Counted from the first letter of the stretch, positions 1 through 10,143 are shown. The stretch: DNA of 64,000 bases from an uncultured Muribaculaceae bacterium (GCA_964616485.1 CAZTRB010000005.1:11592-75591); one strand, 5' to 3'. The notes: a model not told the origin generated them from the letters alone. A program made the numbers and translations.

Positions 1-613
1 TTCTATATTTGGATCATAGCAATCATCAGATGTTGCAAAAAATAAGTCTGCTTTTGTAGTCCAAGGAACAACAAAATCGTAAAATCCATCTAATTGTCCT
101 AATCTAGTAAATAATCCCGTAGAAACTTCTAACTCTATTTTCTTCGTATCATTTTCTGTTTTGTAATTTATTATTCCAAGTAAACTCTTAGCAGTATCTA
201 AAGAATCAACTCCATCAAATTCTCTAACTTCTCCCCAAAGCGTTCCTTCATTAAGTACTTGTTTGTTAAAATCAGAATAAGCATAAATAACAAATCCCAT
301 CTCTTCATTAACCAATATAACCTCTTCTTCATTAAACAACTCTGGAATAACACTAGGTTGCTCTACCCTATATACAATTTCAAACCCGTGTATATCACAT
401 CTTTCTAAAAACAGATTCCAAGGCATTGACTCATATGTATCTCCAGCTGCTGTCAATAGTGGTAAGAGCATTTCATAAACCTTTGATTTGGATTTTATAT
501 ACATAAGTTGATCTTCTCTACTCCAATCAGATCTTTTTTTTCCTATTTTTCTTTCAAAAAACTCTTCATTATAAATATTTAGTAAATCTCTTATTTCTTT
601 ATCATCACCCATT
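1..613 (-). CDS. hypothetical protein, partial (3' end lies beyond the window edge)
   Basis: ATG at 613..611 on the minus strand; open reading frame runs to position 1. N-terminus MGDDKEIRDLLNIYNEEFFERK... No recognisable motif. Confidence 0.5.
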
Positions 614-777
614 TTATTCTCCTAAACTTCTCTATTATTCTCTTTAATTTAATATAATAGTATTGATAAAATTACAAAAACGATTAAGAGAATAAATATT
701 GCACTTTTTCTTTATTTTTTTATATATATTATACAACTATTTTAGATTTTATAAATAAAAAAGATAGATACTTTAAT

Positions 778-1974
778 CTATCTTTGATCAGAACCATTAC
801 CTACTTGCGGTAATAGTTCTTTAGGTCCATCAATACCCGGAACTTTTGAATCCGTCATATTCTTAAGAGTTATTAATTTAGCCACATTAGTAGCCGTTTT
901 TAATCCTTGAATAATACGCTCTTTTTGTTCAGGAGTAATTGGTTCTTGTTTTGCTTCTCCATAAAAAGGATGATAAACATTTCCCGAGATTAAATCTACG
1001 GTTATACCAGCATCATAGTTTAAACCATCATTGTAACTGGTAGATAACCTTAAAACAGCTGAACCTTTTTTTGTTGAAACACTATAATTTATAGATTCTC
1101 TTGCCTCTGGAGCCGATTTATAACTTATACTATACTCTAATATCTTATCATCATCGTAAGATATTCTATTATATCCAACATCTCCATGTCCATTAAAAGC
1201 ATTCATAATCATCTCATCTTCTGAAGTAACGTGGATATCCCACCTAACATTATCACTAAAATCTTTTGGATCTCTTATGTTAGGATTAGCAAAAGGATTT
1301 ATAGCATCACAAAGATCTCTTAAATTAGGATATATTTCTAACGCTGCTTCACTAGTTCCAAAATCTACCATATTATGTTTATTAAGCCATTCATCAATCG
1401 TAATATTTGGTTTTCCTTGTTCAATCAATCTTCTGTAAACTTCAGCCAATAACTCTTCTTGTTTATCAGCATGTATACTTATATTCGGATTATTTAAATT
1501 TTTCCCTTTAAAAAAATCTTCAAATTCGGTAAAAAAGATTATAGGTCCTATTTTTTTATTCATATTATAAGACTCTATATACATACTTTCTAAGTCATCT
1601 TCAATTAATTGATTTCTTTTTGCCTTAATAATATCTGAATACTTATATGGATAAACAGGATAAATTTCTTTATCAACAAATTCTTTGAATTCTTCAAATC
1701 TAGCGCTAGTACAAAACTCATTTGGACTATGACTCTCAAGATCTCTGCCTATTCTAATACCAGATAGAACACTTTTCGGATGTTTAGCGTATATTCTTTG
1801 TGCTAACTCTAATGGTATTTTACCACTAACATTTATATTACCTTCACTATTAAGACTTATGCTTATACCATCCTTAGAATATTCATCTGTTTCTATTCCC
1901 TTATCATTGATAACAGTACCCTTACGTTCTATCTCCAAGACGTCCATTAAAACTTTTAATTCTAATTCACTCAT
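778..1974 (-). CDS. hypothetical protein (398 aa)
   Basis: Long ORF with no recognisable catalytic motif; acidic, soluble-looking. Forms a same-strand trio with the upstream partial ORF and the downstream NERD protein. Confidence 0.6.
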   Translation of the reverse strand: MSELELKVLMDVLEIERKGTVINDKGIETDEYSKDGISISLNSEGNINVSGKIPLELAQRIYAKHPKSVLSGIRIGRDLESHSPNEFCTSARFEEFKEFVDKEIYPVYPYKYSDIIKAKRNQLIEDDLESMYIESYNMNKKIGPIIFFTEFEDFFKGKNLNNPNISIHADKQEELLAEVYRRLIEQGKPNITIDEWLNKHNMVDFGTSEAALEIYPNLRDLCDAINPFANPNIRDPKDFSDNVRWDIHVTSEDEMIMNAFNGHGDVGYNRISYDDDKILEYSISYKSAPEARESINYSVSTKKGSAVLRLSTSYNDGLNYDAGITVDLISGNVYHPFYGEAKQEPITPEQKERIIQGLKTATNVAKLITLKNMTDSKVPGIDGPKELLPQVGNGSDQR

Positions 1975-2063
1975 TTTATTCCCCCTTTATGAATTTGGCA
2001 TTTATTGTATACGACTTAACACTAAAAGTCAAGATTTAGAAAACAAACAAAAATAATTAAATA

Positions 2064-2771
2064 TTATTTTTTTATTTTCAATTTTTCTATATGTTCTTTT
2101 TTTTCTACATTAGTTTTTTTTCCGTATTGTTTCAATTTATTATAAATAGTGTCTATTTCATCAATAGTCAACTCTTTTACATGTTCACTAATTAATATTC
2201 TTTCTTTTAACTCTTGCCTCTGAATAACTACCTTTCTGTCTACGTTTAATTTTTTAAATTCACTTCGTTCACTAAACACTATTAAAGAGTAAATTTTATT
2301 ATTTGGTATCAATTTTTCTAGATATTTAATATGTTTATGATTTTGCCACAGGGGATTATAAAACTTATATTTTTTTCCATATATATTACTTAACCAGTCT
2401 TTTTGGTTATAAGAACCATATATCCATCCACTATAATTCTTACTTTCAATAACATAAATACCAGAAGTGGTAATGTACACTAAATCAATCTCAGTCGTAC
2501 CATCTTCAGTAGGTATATATAAATTTGTTAATATCTTTGAATAAACGGGTATTTTCTCTAACTTAATAAACGTTAATCCTTCACCAAAATAACCTGTATC
2601 AATTAAAAATCTTAATAAGCTTACTCCACTTTCTTTTCTATAATTAGATTTGTAATACATAATTATATAAGGAATTTCTCTAAATAAATTTATTAAAAAT
2701 AATATAAGCAATAACCATCTAAGAGTATATATTAATTCTATAAAATTTTTAATAAGTTCTAATATTATCAT
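2064..2771 (-). CDS. NERD (nuclease-related domain) membrane-anchored protein
   Basis: N-terminal hydrophobic segment (LRWLLLILFLINLF). Core EIDLVYITTSGIYVIESKNYSGWIYG fits the NERD domain pattern. Confidence 0.6.
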   Translation of the reverse strand: MIILELIKNFIELIYTLRWLLLILFLINLFREIPYIIMYYKSNYRKESGVSLLRFLIDTGYFGEGLTFIKLEKIPVYSKILTNLYIPTEDGTTEIDLVYITTSGIYVIESKNYSGWIYGSYNQKDWLSNIYGKKYKFYNPLWQNHKHIKYLEKLIPNNKIYSLIVFSERSEFKKLNVDRKVVIQRQELKERILISEHVKELTIDEIDTIYNKLKQYGKKTNVEKKEHIEKLKIKK

Positions 2772-2830
2772 AATATTTTCTCCTAACAGTAAGTTTGAAT
2801 TTTTTAGAAATAATTTCGTTTTAATTTTAT

Positions 2831-2860
2831 AAACAAAAATGAAGAACCTTTCGGTCCTTC
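2831..2860 (-). terminator. rho-independent terminator downstream of recG
   Basis: Imperfect hairpin gaagaacc-tttc-ggtccttc at 2841-2860, with an A-rich run 2831-2840 on plus that gives the U-tract on the minus transcript. Confidence 0.5.
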
Positions 2861-2998
2861 GTCAGGGGGTTTTTGGTTGAATACACTCTCACATTATTAT
2901 AACCGTAAGAGCGAAACAGCATAATGTATTATCATTATGCATATTTATAATAATATGTATTTAGATAATTGTCAATTAGTTAGTTGATTTTTCCATAA

Positions 2999-4993
2999 TT
3001 AATCGGTATTTATTTCCGATATTAATCTTATTCTTAATTTATCTTTTTCATATTGTTCATCTTTTAAAAATTCTTCTGAATCTTTCTTCGCTTGAACTAA
3101 GATTTTATAGTCTATTCTTAGGTTAGCTATCTTAAAGGCCATATCTCCACTTTGTTTAGTACCGAAAAGATCTCCTGACCCTCTTAGTTTAAAGTCTTCT
3201 TCGCTAATAACGAAACCATCATTTATCGTTTCCATGATCTCTAATCTCTTAGTATCACTATTACTTATTAGTAAGCATTTTGATTCGATAGCGTTTCTTC
3301 CCACTCTTCCTCTTAATTGGTGAAGAGTCGAGAGTCCGAATCTATTGGCATTAAAGATTACCATCATCGTCGCATTTGGAACGTCTACTCCGACTTCGAT
3401 AACTGTCGTACTTATTAAGATATTGATCTTATTTTGTTTAAACTCTGACATGATAAGGTCTTTTTCTTTGGTCTTCATCTTTCCATGAACGATGTCGATA
3501 TTATATTTATTACCGAATACTAAGTTCATCTTATCTCTAAGAGTATAGACATTTAATAGATCTAATTCCTCATTCTCTTCGATTAGAGGTGCTATTACAT
3601 AGATTTGATAGTTCTTCTCTAGTTCATTACTCATCTGTTGATAGACTTCTTTCATCTCTTTTTCTGAATAGACTTTAGTCTTAACAGGTAGTCTTCCTTT
3701 AGGCATCTCTTTTATCGTTGAAACATCCATATCACCGTATACTGTTAATGCAAAAGTTCTCGGTATAGGAGTAGCACTCATATATAAGACGTCTGGCTTA
3801 ATACCTTTGTTTTTCAAGTTTGATCTTTGGTTAACTCCGAAACGATGTTGTTCATCGGTTACGACTAATCCTAGATTCTTGTATTCTACCTCTTCTTGAA
3901 TAAGAGCGTGGGTACCGATAATAATATCGACTTCACCATTCTTTAAATCTTCATAAATTACTTGTTTATCTTTCTTTGAGATAGAACCGATTAATAATTC
4001 TACTTTTAAGTCTTCGCTCTTAAATAACTCTCTTATATTGTTATAATGCTGAATAGCTAGTATTTCTGTCGGTGCCATCAAAGCACTCTGATAACCACAA
4101 AGTTTATTATAATACATAGCCATAATAGCTACTATCGTCTTACCACTACCAACGTCTCCTTGTAATAGACGATTCATTCTTCTCGTACTACTCAAGTCTT
4201 TAATTATCTCATCGATCGCATTTACTTGATCACTTGTTAATTCGAATGGTAACTTCTTAACTAGTGTATTTATATCTTTATCAGTCTTTCTTTCAACACC
4301 GATATTGTTCTTATTATTTTCGGCTTTCAAATAGTTTATCTTAAACATAAACTCGAATAACTCTTCGTATTTAAGTCTCATACTAGCTTCTTTTAACTTA
4401 TCATAATTAGGCGGATTATGAACGATATTAAGAGCCGTCTTTTTATTTAGAAAATCATATTTCTCAATTAAATGCCTTGGTATTCCTTCGGTAATATCTC
4501 TTCCATATTGAATAAGAGCATTATTAATACTATTAGCGATTATCTTTTGTGATAATCCGCTAGTAGTATGATAGACTGACTCAATCTTTTCTTTATCATT
4601 TAACGAACCAAATTTAATATCCGAGGCGTTGATGATATTCTTACTCTTATCATACTTACCTAAGACGATTACTTTCTCTCCGATATTAAGACTCTTCTTT
4701 AAGAATGCTCTTCCAAAGATCGATATACCTACTACGCCATAGACTGTTAGTAATCTAAAGTTTAACTTATTTAGACCACCTCTAAATCTAATGACGATCG
4801 GAACACTCTCGACTTTTCCATCGATAACGATCTTTTGCTCGACATCATCGATCGCTCTTATATCAGTCCTTTTTAAGACTTCATATCTATAAGGATAGTG
4901 GGTTACTAAATCATCTATCGTTAAAATATTTAATTTATTAAACAACTCTTCTGTTTTCGGACCTATTCCTTTTACTCCAGACAACTTATCCAT
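2999..4993 (-). CDS. recG: ATP-dependent DNA helicase RecG
   Basis: Helicase motifs GSGKT, DEQHRFGV and SATPIPRT. The ORF-track start is over-extended; the likely start is MDKLSGVKGIGPK at ATG 4993, with a GGGAAG RBS upstream. Confidence 0.9.
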   Translation of the reverse strand: MDKLSGVKGIGPKTEELFNKLNILTIDDLVTHYPYRYEVLKRTDIRAIDDVEQKIVIDGKVESVPIVIRFRGGLNKLNFRLLTVYGVVGISIFGRAFLKKSLNIGEKVIVLGKYDKSKNIINASDIKFGSLNDKEKIESVYHTTSGLSQKIIANSINNALIQYGRDITEGIPRHLIEKYDFLNKKTALNIVHNPPNYDKLKEASMRLKYEELFEFMFKINYLKAENNKNNIGVERKTDKDINTLVKKLPFELTSDQVNAIDEIIKDLSSTRRMNRLLQGDVGSGKTIVAIMAMYYNKLCGYQSALMAPTEILAIQHYNNIRELFKSEDLKVELLIGSISKKDKQVIYEDLKNGEVDIIIGTHALIQEEVEYKNLGLVVTDEQHRFGVNQRSNLKNKGIKPDVLYMSATPIPRTFALTVYGDMDVSTIKEMPKGRLPVKTKVYSEKEMKEVYQQMSNELEKNYQIYVIAPLIEENEELDLLNVYTLRDKMNLVFGNKYNIDIVHGKMKTKEKDLIMSEFKQNKINILISTTVIEVGVDVPNATMMVIFNANRFGLSTLHQLRGRVGRNAIESKCLLISNSDTKRLEIMETINDGFVISEEDFKLRGSGDLFGTKQSGDMAFKIANLRIDYKILVQAKKDSEEFLKDEQYEKDKLRIRLISEINTD

Positions 4994-5051
4994 ACTATCA
5001 CTTCCCTGCACTGTATTATAGCACATTTTAGGGAATATAAAAAGTGAAACC

Positions 5052-5495
5052 TTACATTTCGAATAAGGTTTCACTAAATACACATATTAGATCTTCGTCT
5101 AGTTTCAAGGATTTATTATTTATTATCGTAAATGATAATTCTTCGTTTTCATTTAAAGTATCATATTCACTAAAAGAGTTGGTATTTATTAATTTTAAGT
5201 TATCAGAAAATATCTCATATGTTCCTTCTAGCTTAATATGTCCTTCACAAGAACTAATACTGAGTTCATAAGTAAAATCATCTCTAAGTTTTAAATAAGT
5301 GTTCATATCGTCTTTTACTCTATAGTCACCGTGCAGCTTCGTATCTGAAAAAGATCTCTTATTAACTGTATTAACAGCATAAACGTAAACTTCAATAGGT
5401 GTTGGAACGACAATGTATACTAGGATAATACTAAAAACTGCTATAAGTAAAAAAGTAATATTGGCTATTTTATTAAAGTCTCTACTCTCTTTCAT
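5052..5495 (-). CDS. hypothetical membrane-anchored protein (147 aa)
   Basis: AGAGGAGG RBS 8 nt upstream of the ATG; N-terminal TM helix ITFLLIAVFSIILVYIVV. Confidence 0.55.
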   Translation of the reverse strand: MKESRDFNKIANITFLLIAVFSIILVYIVVPTPIEVYVYAVNTVNKRSFSDTKLHGDYRVKDDMNTYLKLRDDFTYELSISSCEGHIKLEGTYEIFSDNLKLINTNSFSEYDTLNENEELSFTIINNKSLKLDEDLICVFSETLFEM

Positions 5496-5601
5496 ATTAA
5501 AAGCCTCCTCTAATTATAGGATAACTAACAACTTTATAAAAGTAAACTAACAAGAGAGTGAAACAATGTTAACTTTACAATAAAATTTCATCTTTTTGTG
5601 C

Positions 5602-5630
5602 TTGACAAACTAAACCCTTTCGATTATTAT
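5602..5630 (+). promoter_or_regulatory. consensus sigma-A-type promoter (TTGACA-17-TATTAT) facing into the 3' end of the PFOR gene
   Basis: ttgaca at 5602-5607, a 17-nt spacer, tattat at 5625-5630. There is no plus-strand CDS downstream. Confidence 0.45.
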
Positions 5631-5636
5631 ATAAAT

Positions 5637-5783
5637 CACCAGTTCGTAATGGCGAATTGGTCGCTAGTATCACACTAGCCAACCCCTTTTTATTCTTTTT
5701 TGTGAAGGGCCTTTCTCAGGGGGAAGGCTCTTCCTATTTTATAAGAAAAACAGAGTAACATAAGTTACTCTGTTATTTTTTTG
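5637..5783 (+). ncRNA. candidate small RNA (unclassified), ~145 nt
   Basis: Predicted TSS just after the promoter above. Contains an internal GC-rich hairpin (5702-5731, gaagggcctt/aaggctcttc) and ends at a strong hairpin plus U-tract (5751-5783). Its last ~19 nt are antisense to the PFOR stop region. Confidence 0.3.
5745..5783. terminator. bidirectional rho-independent terminator; hairpin contains the PFOR stop codon
   Basis: cagagtaac-ataa-gttactctg at 5751-5772, flanked by an A-run (5745-5750) and a T-run (5773-5783). Confidence 0.7.
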
Positions 5784-8700
5784 TCTTCTTTTAAAGACTC
5801 ATAATGTTCGTATACTCTAATAGCTTCTCTCTTATTTATATCATAGAAGTCATCTTTCTTTTCAGGATTGACTTTATTAAGAGCTGCATACCTATTCTCT
5901 CCGTCTAAGAACTCTTCATATTTATCGAAGTCGGCTTTACTATCTAGAGAAAACTCTTCAGTCGTTGGGTTATATCTAAATATTGGGAAGTAACCTGATT
6001 CAGTTGCTTTCTTCTCTTCTTCGATACTAGTTCCCATTCCGGCTTTTATTCCTTGAACGATACATGGTGAATAAGCGATAATAAGTGAAGGTCCTTTGTG
6101 GTTCTTCGCTTCGTTGAAAGCCTTGATCGTCTGCATCATATTGGCACCTAGTGAAACTGTTGCAACATAGACATGAGGATAAGTCATAGCCATCTTAGCT
6201 AGATTCTTCTTGTGTGTCTCTTTACCCGAAGCAGCGAACTTAGCGATACCACCATACTTACTAGATTTAGACGCTTGTCCTCCAGTATTAGAATACATCT
6301 CGGTATCTAATACTAAGATATTAACGTCTTCATTACTTGCTAAGACGTGATCTAGACCGTTGTAACCGATGTCATAAGCCCAACCATCTCCTCCGATTAT
6401 CCAGAATGATTTGGTCTTGATAAAGTCTTTCTCTTCTAATAACTCTGGGATATTAAGACTGTCTACTATTTCATAAAGTCTCTTACTGTTTTCTAGATTA
6501 GTATCTTCTAGGTAAGAATTTACTACTTCTAAGTCATTATCATTTATCTTAGATAGGTTATCTCTTAAGATCATCTTAATCTTATCTTTGTGAATTACTT
6601 CAGATACTCTCATACCGAAACCAAACTCAGCATTGTCTTCAAACAATGAGTTAGCCCATGGTACTGAATAAGGAGTACTCGGTACGCTTCCACCATAAAT
6701 TGAAGAACATCCTGTAGCGTTAGCTATTACTAACTCTTCTCCGAATAATTGTGTTAACAATTTTATATATGGAGTCTCTCCACATCCAGCACAAGCGCCA
6801 GAATACTCGAATTTTGGTGTAGCGAACTGACTTCCCTTAACGGTATTAAGAGTCATCACTTGTTTTTCTGTAACGACGTTAAATAAATAATCCGTCTCTC
6901 TTAAAGTCTCTTCATCATTTATCTGTTCGATAGCCGTCATAACTAGAGCTTTCTCACCCTTCTTACCTGGACAAATGTTAACACATAGACCACAACCAGT
7001 ACACTGCTCGATATTAACACCGATTGCATATTTTAAGTTTTGATCTTTTATATTAGCATCGATTAATTTAGCTTTTAATGATTCTGGTGCATTCTCTACT
7101 TCCTCTTCATTAAGTAGGAAAGGTCTGATTACTCCATGAGGACAAACGAAAGCACACATATTACACATAATACAATTCTCTTCATTATAGACAGGTACTG
7201 TATCGGTAATATTTCTCTTCTCTTCTTTTGATCTTCCACCGACAAAACTACCATCGACAATTTTCTCAAATTCACTAACGGGAATAGAGTATCCTCTACG
7301 CTCATTTATAAGGTCAAAGATCGACTTTCCAACGAATGAAGATTTATTATCTTCGATGTCATCAAAACCAGAGAAATCGACTATTGTAAGTGTTTCTAAA
7401 GCTCTATCTATTGCCCGATTATTCTTCTCGATTACTTCAGTTCCTTTATTTTTAAATAAAGTCTCTAAGGCTTTTTTAATCTCTTTAAAAGCGATTTCAA
7501 AATCAATTAATTTACTTACTTTAAAGATAGCCGTAGCCATAATCGTATTAATCTTATTTCCAAGACCCACTTCATTAGATATCTTATTAGCATTAAGAGA
7601 ATAAACTTTAATATTCCTATTCTTAATAATAGCTCTATCTTTATTACTTAAAGCCTTAAATAATTCTTTATCATCTTTAAAAGTATTGACGATAAAAGTG
7701 CCGTTCTCGACAATATCATCTAACATATCAAACTTAGATAAATAACTATCTTTAGTACACACTACTAGACAAGGTTTGTTAACATAATATGTCGACTTAA
7801 TCGGCTTACTTGCAAAACGCATGTGACTCTTAGTAACACTACCAGACTTCTTCGAATCATACTCGAAGTAACCTTGAACATAAGAATCCGTATTATTACC
7901 GACAATCTTGATTATGTCTTTCGAAACACTGACCATTCCATCAGATCCAAAACCATAGATAACCACTTCTTTAGTCTCATTATCTACTGTTAAAGTGATC
8001 GGATCTAGACTCAAGTTAGTTAAGTCATCTTTTATACCGATCGTAAACCCATTAAACTTATCTTTTCTATCTAAGAACTTATAGACGGCATTTATCAGGC
8101 TAGGATCAGTATCTTTACTAGAAAGACCATATCTTCCTCCGACTACTTTAATGTTCTTACCTGTTTCCCTAATTACATTAGATATATCTAAATATAAAGG
8201 TTCGCTAGTCCCATGTTCTTTAGTACGACTTAAGACTGCTATATCAGTAACTGTATCTGGTAAAACATCTAATAAATATTTACTGCTAAACGGACGATAT
8301 AAGTGTACTTCGATTAGTCCAATCTTCTCACCCTTTAAACTATTGATAGTCTCTTTAATCGTCTCACAAATAGAACCCATAGCAACGATAATCTTCGTCG
8401 CGTCTTTTGCTCCATAATAATTAAACGGCTTATAGTCTCTTCCCGTAATAGCATTAATCTTTTTCATATACTCATTAACGATATCGGGAAGATTATCATA
8501 ATACTTATTTCTAGCTTCCGATAACTGGAAATAAATATCATCATTAGTATTAGTTCCTCTCGTTAAGTTATTAATACTTAAAGCTCTAGACCTAAACTCT
8601 TTTAAAGCGTCTTCATTTATTAATTCCTTTACTTTTTGAAAATCGATCACTTCTATCTTTTGTAACTCATGACTAGTCCTGAAACCATCAAAAGTATTTA

Positions 8701-9193
8701 TAAAAGGAACTTTACCTTCCATCGTAGAAAGATAACTAACGTTACTTAAATCCATTACTTCTTGAACAGAAGAGGATTGTAATATAGCAAACCCCGTCGT
8801 TCTAGCAGCATAGATATCTTGATGATCTCCTAAAATAGAAAGCGAATGACTCGCTAAAGAACGAGAAGCTACATTTATAACACAAGGAAATAACTGCCCT
8901 GCAATCTTATACATATTAGGAATCATCAACAAGAGTCCTTGAGAAGCCGTAAATGTCGTAGCTAAGATACCATTTTGAAGAGCACCATGAACCATAGCGA
9001 TAGCACCGGCTTCACTCTCCATCTCGACTACTTTTATTTTCGATCCCCAATAATTCTTCTTCCCTTCAGCACTCCAACTATCGACATTCTCAGCCATAGG
9101 TGATGCGGGTGTTATCGGATATATACCGGCTAGTTCAGAAAAATTATAAGCGACTAAACTACACGCTTCATTACCATCCATTATCTTATACAT
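5765..9193 (-). CDS. nifJ: pyruvate:ferredoxin (flavodoxin) oxidoreductase, single-chain PFOR
   Basis: N-terminus MDGNEACSLVAYNFSELAGIYPITPASPMAE. Two 4Fe-4S ferredoxin motifs (CIMCNMCAFVCP, CTGCGLCVNICP). TPP-binding region GGDGWAYDIGYNGLDH. Start taken at ATG 9193, with an AAAGGAG RBS upstream. Confidence 0.92.
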   Translation of the reverse strand: MYKIMDGNEACSLVAYNFSELAGIYPITPASPMAENVDSWSAEGKKNYWGSKIKVVEMESEAGAIAMVHGALQNGILATTFTASQGLLLMIPNMYKIAGQLFPCVINVASRSLASHSLSILGDHQDIYAARTTGFAILQSSSVQEVMDLSNVSYLSTMEGKVPFINTFDGFRTSHELQKIEVIDFQKVKELINEDALKEFRSRALSINNLTRGTNTNDDIYFQLSEARNKYYDNLPDIVNEYMKKINAITGRDYKPFNYYGAKDATKIIVAMGSICETIKETINSLKGEKIGLIEVHLYRPFSSKYLLDVLPDTVTDIAVLSRTKEHGTSEPLYLDISNVIRETGKNIKVVGGRYGLSSKDTDPSLINAVYKFLDRKDKFNGFTIGIKDDLTNLSLDPITLTVDNETKEVVIYGFGSDGMVSVSKDIIKIVGNNTDSYVQGYFEYDSKKSGSVTKSHMRFASKPIKSTYYVNKPCLVVCTKDSYLSKFDMLDDIVENGTFIVNTFKDDKELFKALSNKDRAIIKNRNIKVYSLNANKISNEVGLGNKINTIMATAIFKVSKLIDFEIAFKEIKKALETLFKNKGTEVIEKNNRAIDRALETLTIVDFSGFDDIEDNKSSFVGKSIFDLINERRGYSIPVSEFEKIVDGSFVGGRSKEEKRNITDTVPVYNEENCIMCNMCAFVCPHGVIRPFLLNEEEVENAPESLKAKLIDANIKDQNLKYAIGVNIEQCTGCGLCVNICPGKKGEKALVMTAIEQINDEETLRETDYLFNVVTEKQVMTLNTVKGSQFATPKFEYSGACAGCGETPYIKLLTQLFGEELVIANATGCSSIYGGSVPSTPYSVPWANSLFEDNAEFGFGMRVSEVIHKDKIKMILRDNLSKINDNDLEVVNSYLEDTNLENSKRLYEIVDSLNIPELLEEKDFIKTKSFWIIGGDGWAYDIGYNGLDHVLASNEDVNILVLDTEMYSNTGGQASKSSKYGGIAKFAASGKETHKKNLAKMAMTYPHVYVATVSLGANMMQTIKAFNEAKNHKGPSLIIAYSPCIVQGIKAGMGTSIEEEKKATESGYFPIFRYNPTTEEFSLDSKADFDKYEEFLDGENRYAALNKVNPEKKDDFYDINKREAIRVYEHYESLKEDKKITE

Positions 9194-10142
9194 CAATATT
9201 TCTCCTTTTTAATCCCTTACTCATCTCTTTAATAATGTATATAGGTCTTTTCTTTATCTCTGAATATACCTTCGATAAATAGGCTCCTATTATTCCTAAT
9301 GAGAATAGTTGAACTCCTCCGACGAAGAAGATTAACCAAAATACTAATAACACACTACTTATAGAGACATCTATTATTAAGTTTACCACAATTATAACGA
9401 ATAAGACAAACGCTACGAGAGAAAATAATAGACTCATTACAAAAGGAATCATCAAAGGAACTGTTGAAAAACCAATTATTCCCTCGAAAGCATACACTAA
9501 GAGATTCCAAAAACTCCACTTAGTATTACCTGCCACTCTCTCGACATTCTTATACTCTAACCACTTAGTCTTAAATCCAACGAAAGTAAACAGACCTTTA
9601 GAATAACGATTATACTCTCTCATCGTCAAGATTGAATCGACTACTTGTCTTCTCATCAATCTAAAGTCTCTAGCTCCATCGACCATCTCTGTCTTAGAAA
9701 TTTTATTTATCAACTTATAAAATCTTCTAGCAAAGAAACTCCTAATAGGTGGTTCTCCTTTTCTAGTCGTCCTCCTACAAGCTACGACATCGTAGTCCTC
9801 CTCTTTAATAAGACGATACATCTCTTCTAAAAGACTAGGTGGATCTTGTAAATCAGCATCAAGCGTCGCTACATAATCTCCAGTCGCATGTTCTAATCCC
9901 GCTAAAACAGCACCTTCTTTACCAAAGTTTCTAGAAAGAGAAATATACTCTACTCTCTTATCTTTCTTCTTTAATTCTTTAATATATTCTAAAGTATTAT
10001 CTTTAGAACAATCATTGACAAAGACAAATTCAAAATTAACTTTCTTTAAGTTTTCTGCTATCCTAGTTACTTCTTCATAAAAGTAAGGAAGCGACTCCTC
10101 TTCATTATAACAAGGAACGACTAACGATATTTTTTCTCTCAT
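9186..10142 (-). CDS. GT2 polyprenyl-phosphate sugar transferase (GtrB/CsbB-like), with C-terminal TM helices
   Basis: ISLVVPCYNEEESL ... DADLQDPP (DxD) motif plus two C-terminal TM helices. Overlaps the PFOR start by 8 nt. Confidence 0.8.
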   Translation of the reverse strand: MREKISLVVPCYNEEESLPYFYEEVTRIAENLKKVNFEFVFVNDCSKDNTLEYIKELKKKDKRVEYISLSRNFGKEGAVLAGLEHATGDYVATLDADLQDPPSLLEEMYRLIKEEDYDVVACRRTTRKGEPPIRSFFARRFYKLINKISKTEMVDGARDFRLMRRQVVDSILTMREYNRYSKGLFTFVGFKTKWLEYKNVERVAGNTKWSFWNLLVYAFEGIIGFSTVPLMIPFVMSLLFSLVAFVLFVIIVVNLIIDVSISSVLLVFWLIFFVGGVQLFSLGIIGAYLSKVYSEIKKRPIYIIKEMSKGLKRRNIDV

Positions 10143-10143
10143 A

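Noticed and set aside
2927-2950. Inverted repeat gcataatg-tattat-cattatgc upstream of the recG stop region
   Set aside because: Short AT-rich hairpin of uncertain significance. It lies just downstream of the recG terminator and could be incidental.
7356-9282. Small plus-strand ORFs antisense to the PFOR gene (7356..7604, 8151..8417, 9100..9282) and similar antisense ORFs elsewhere (19617..19847, 20629..20967, 21577..22017, 25216..25500, 26805..26999, 28340..28537, 35383..35908, 41082..41913, 43072..43465, 43925..44305, 46414..46671, 58021..58218)
   Set aside because: They are fully embedded in or antisense to strongly supported genes, have no RBS, and have low-complexity composition.
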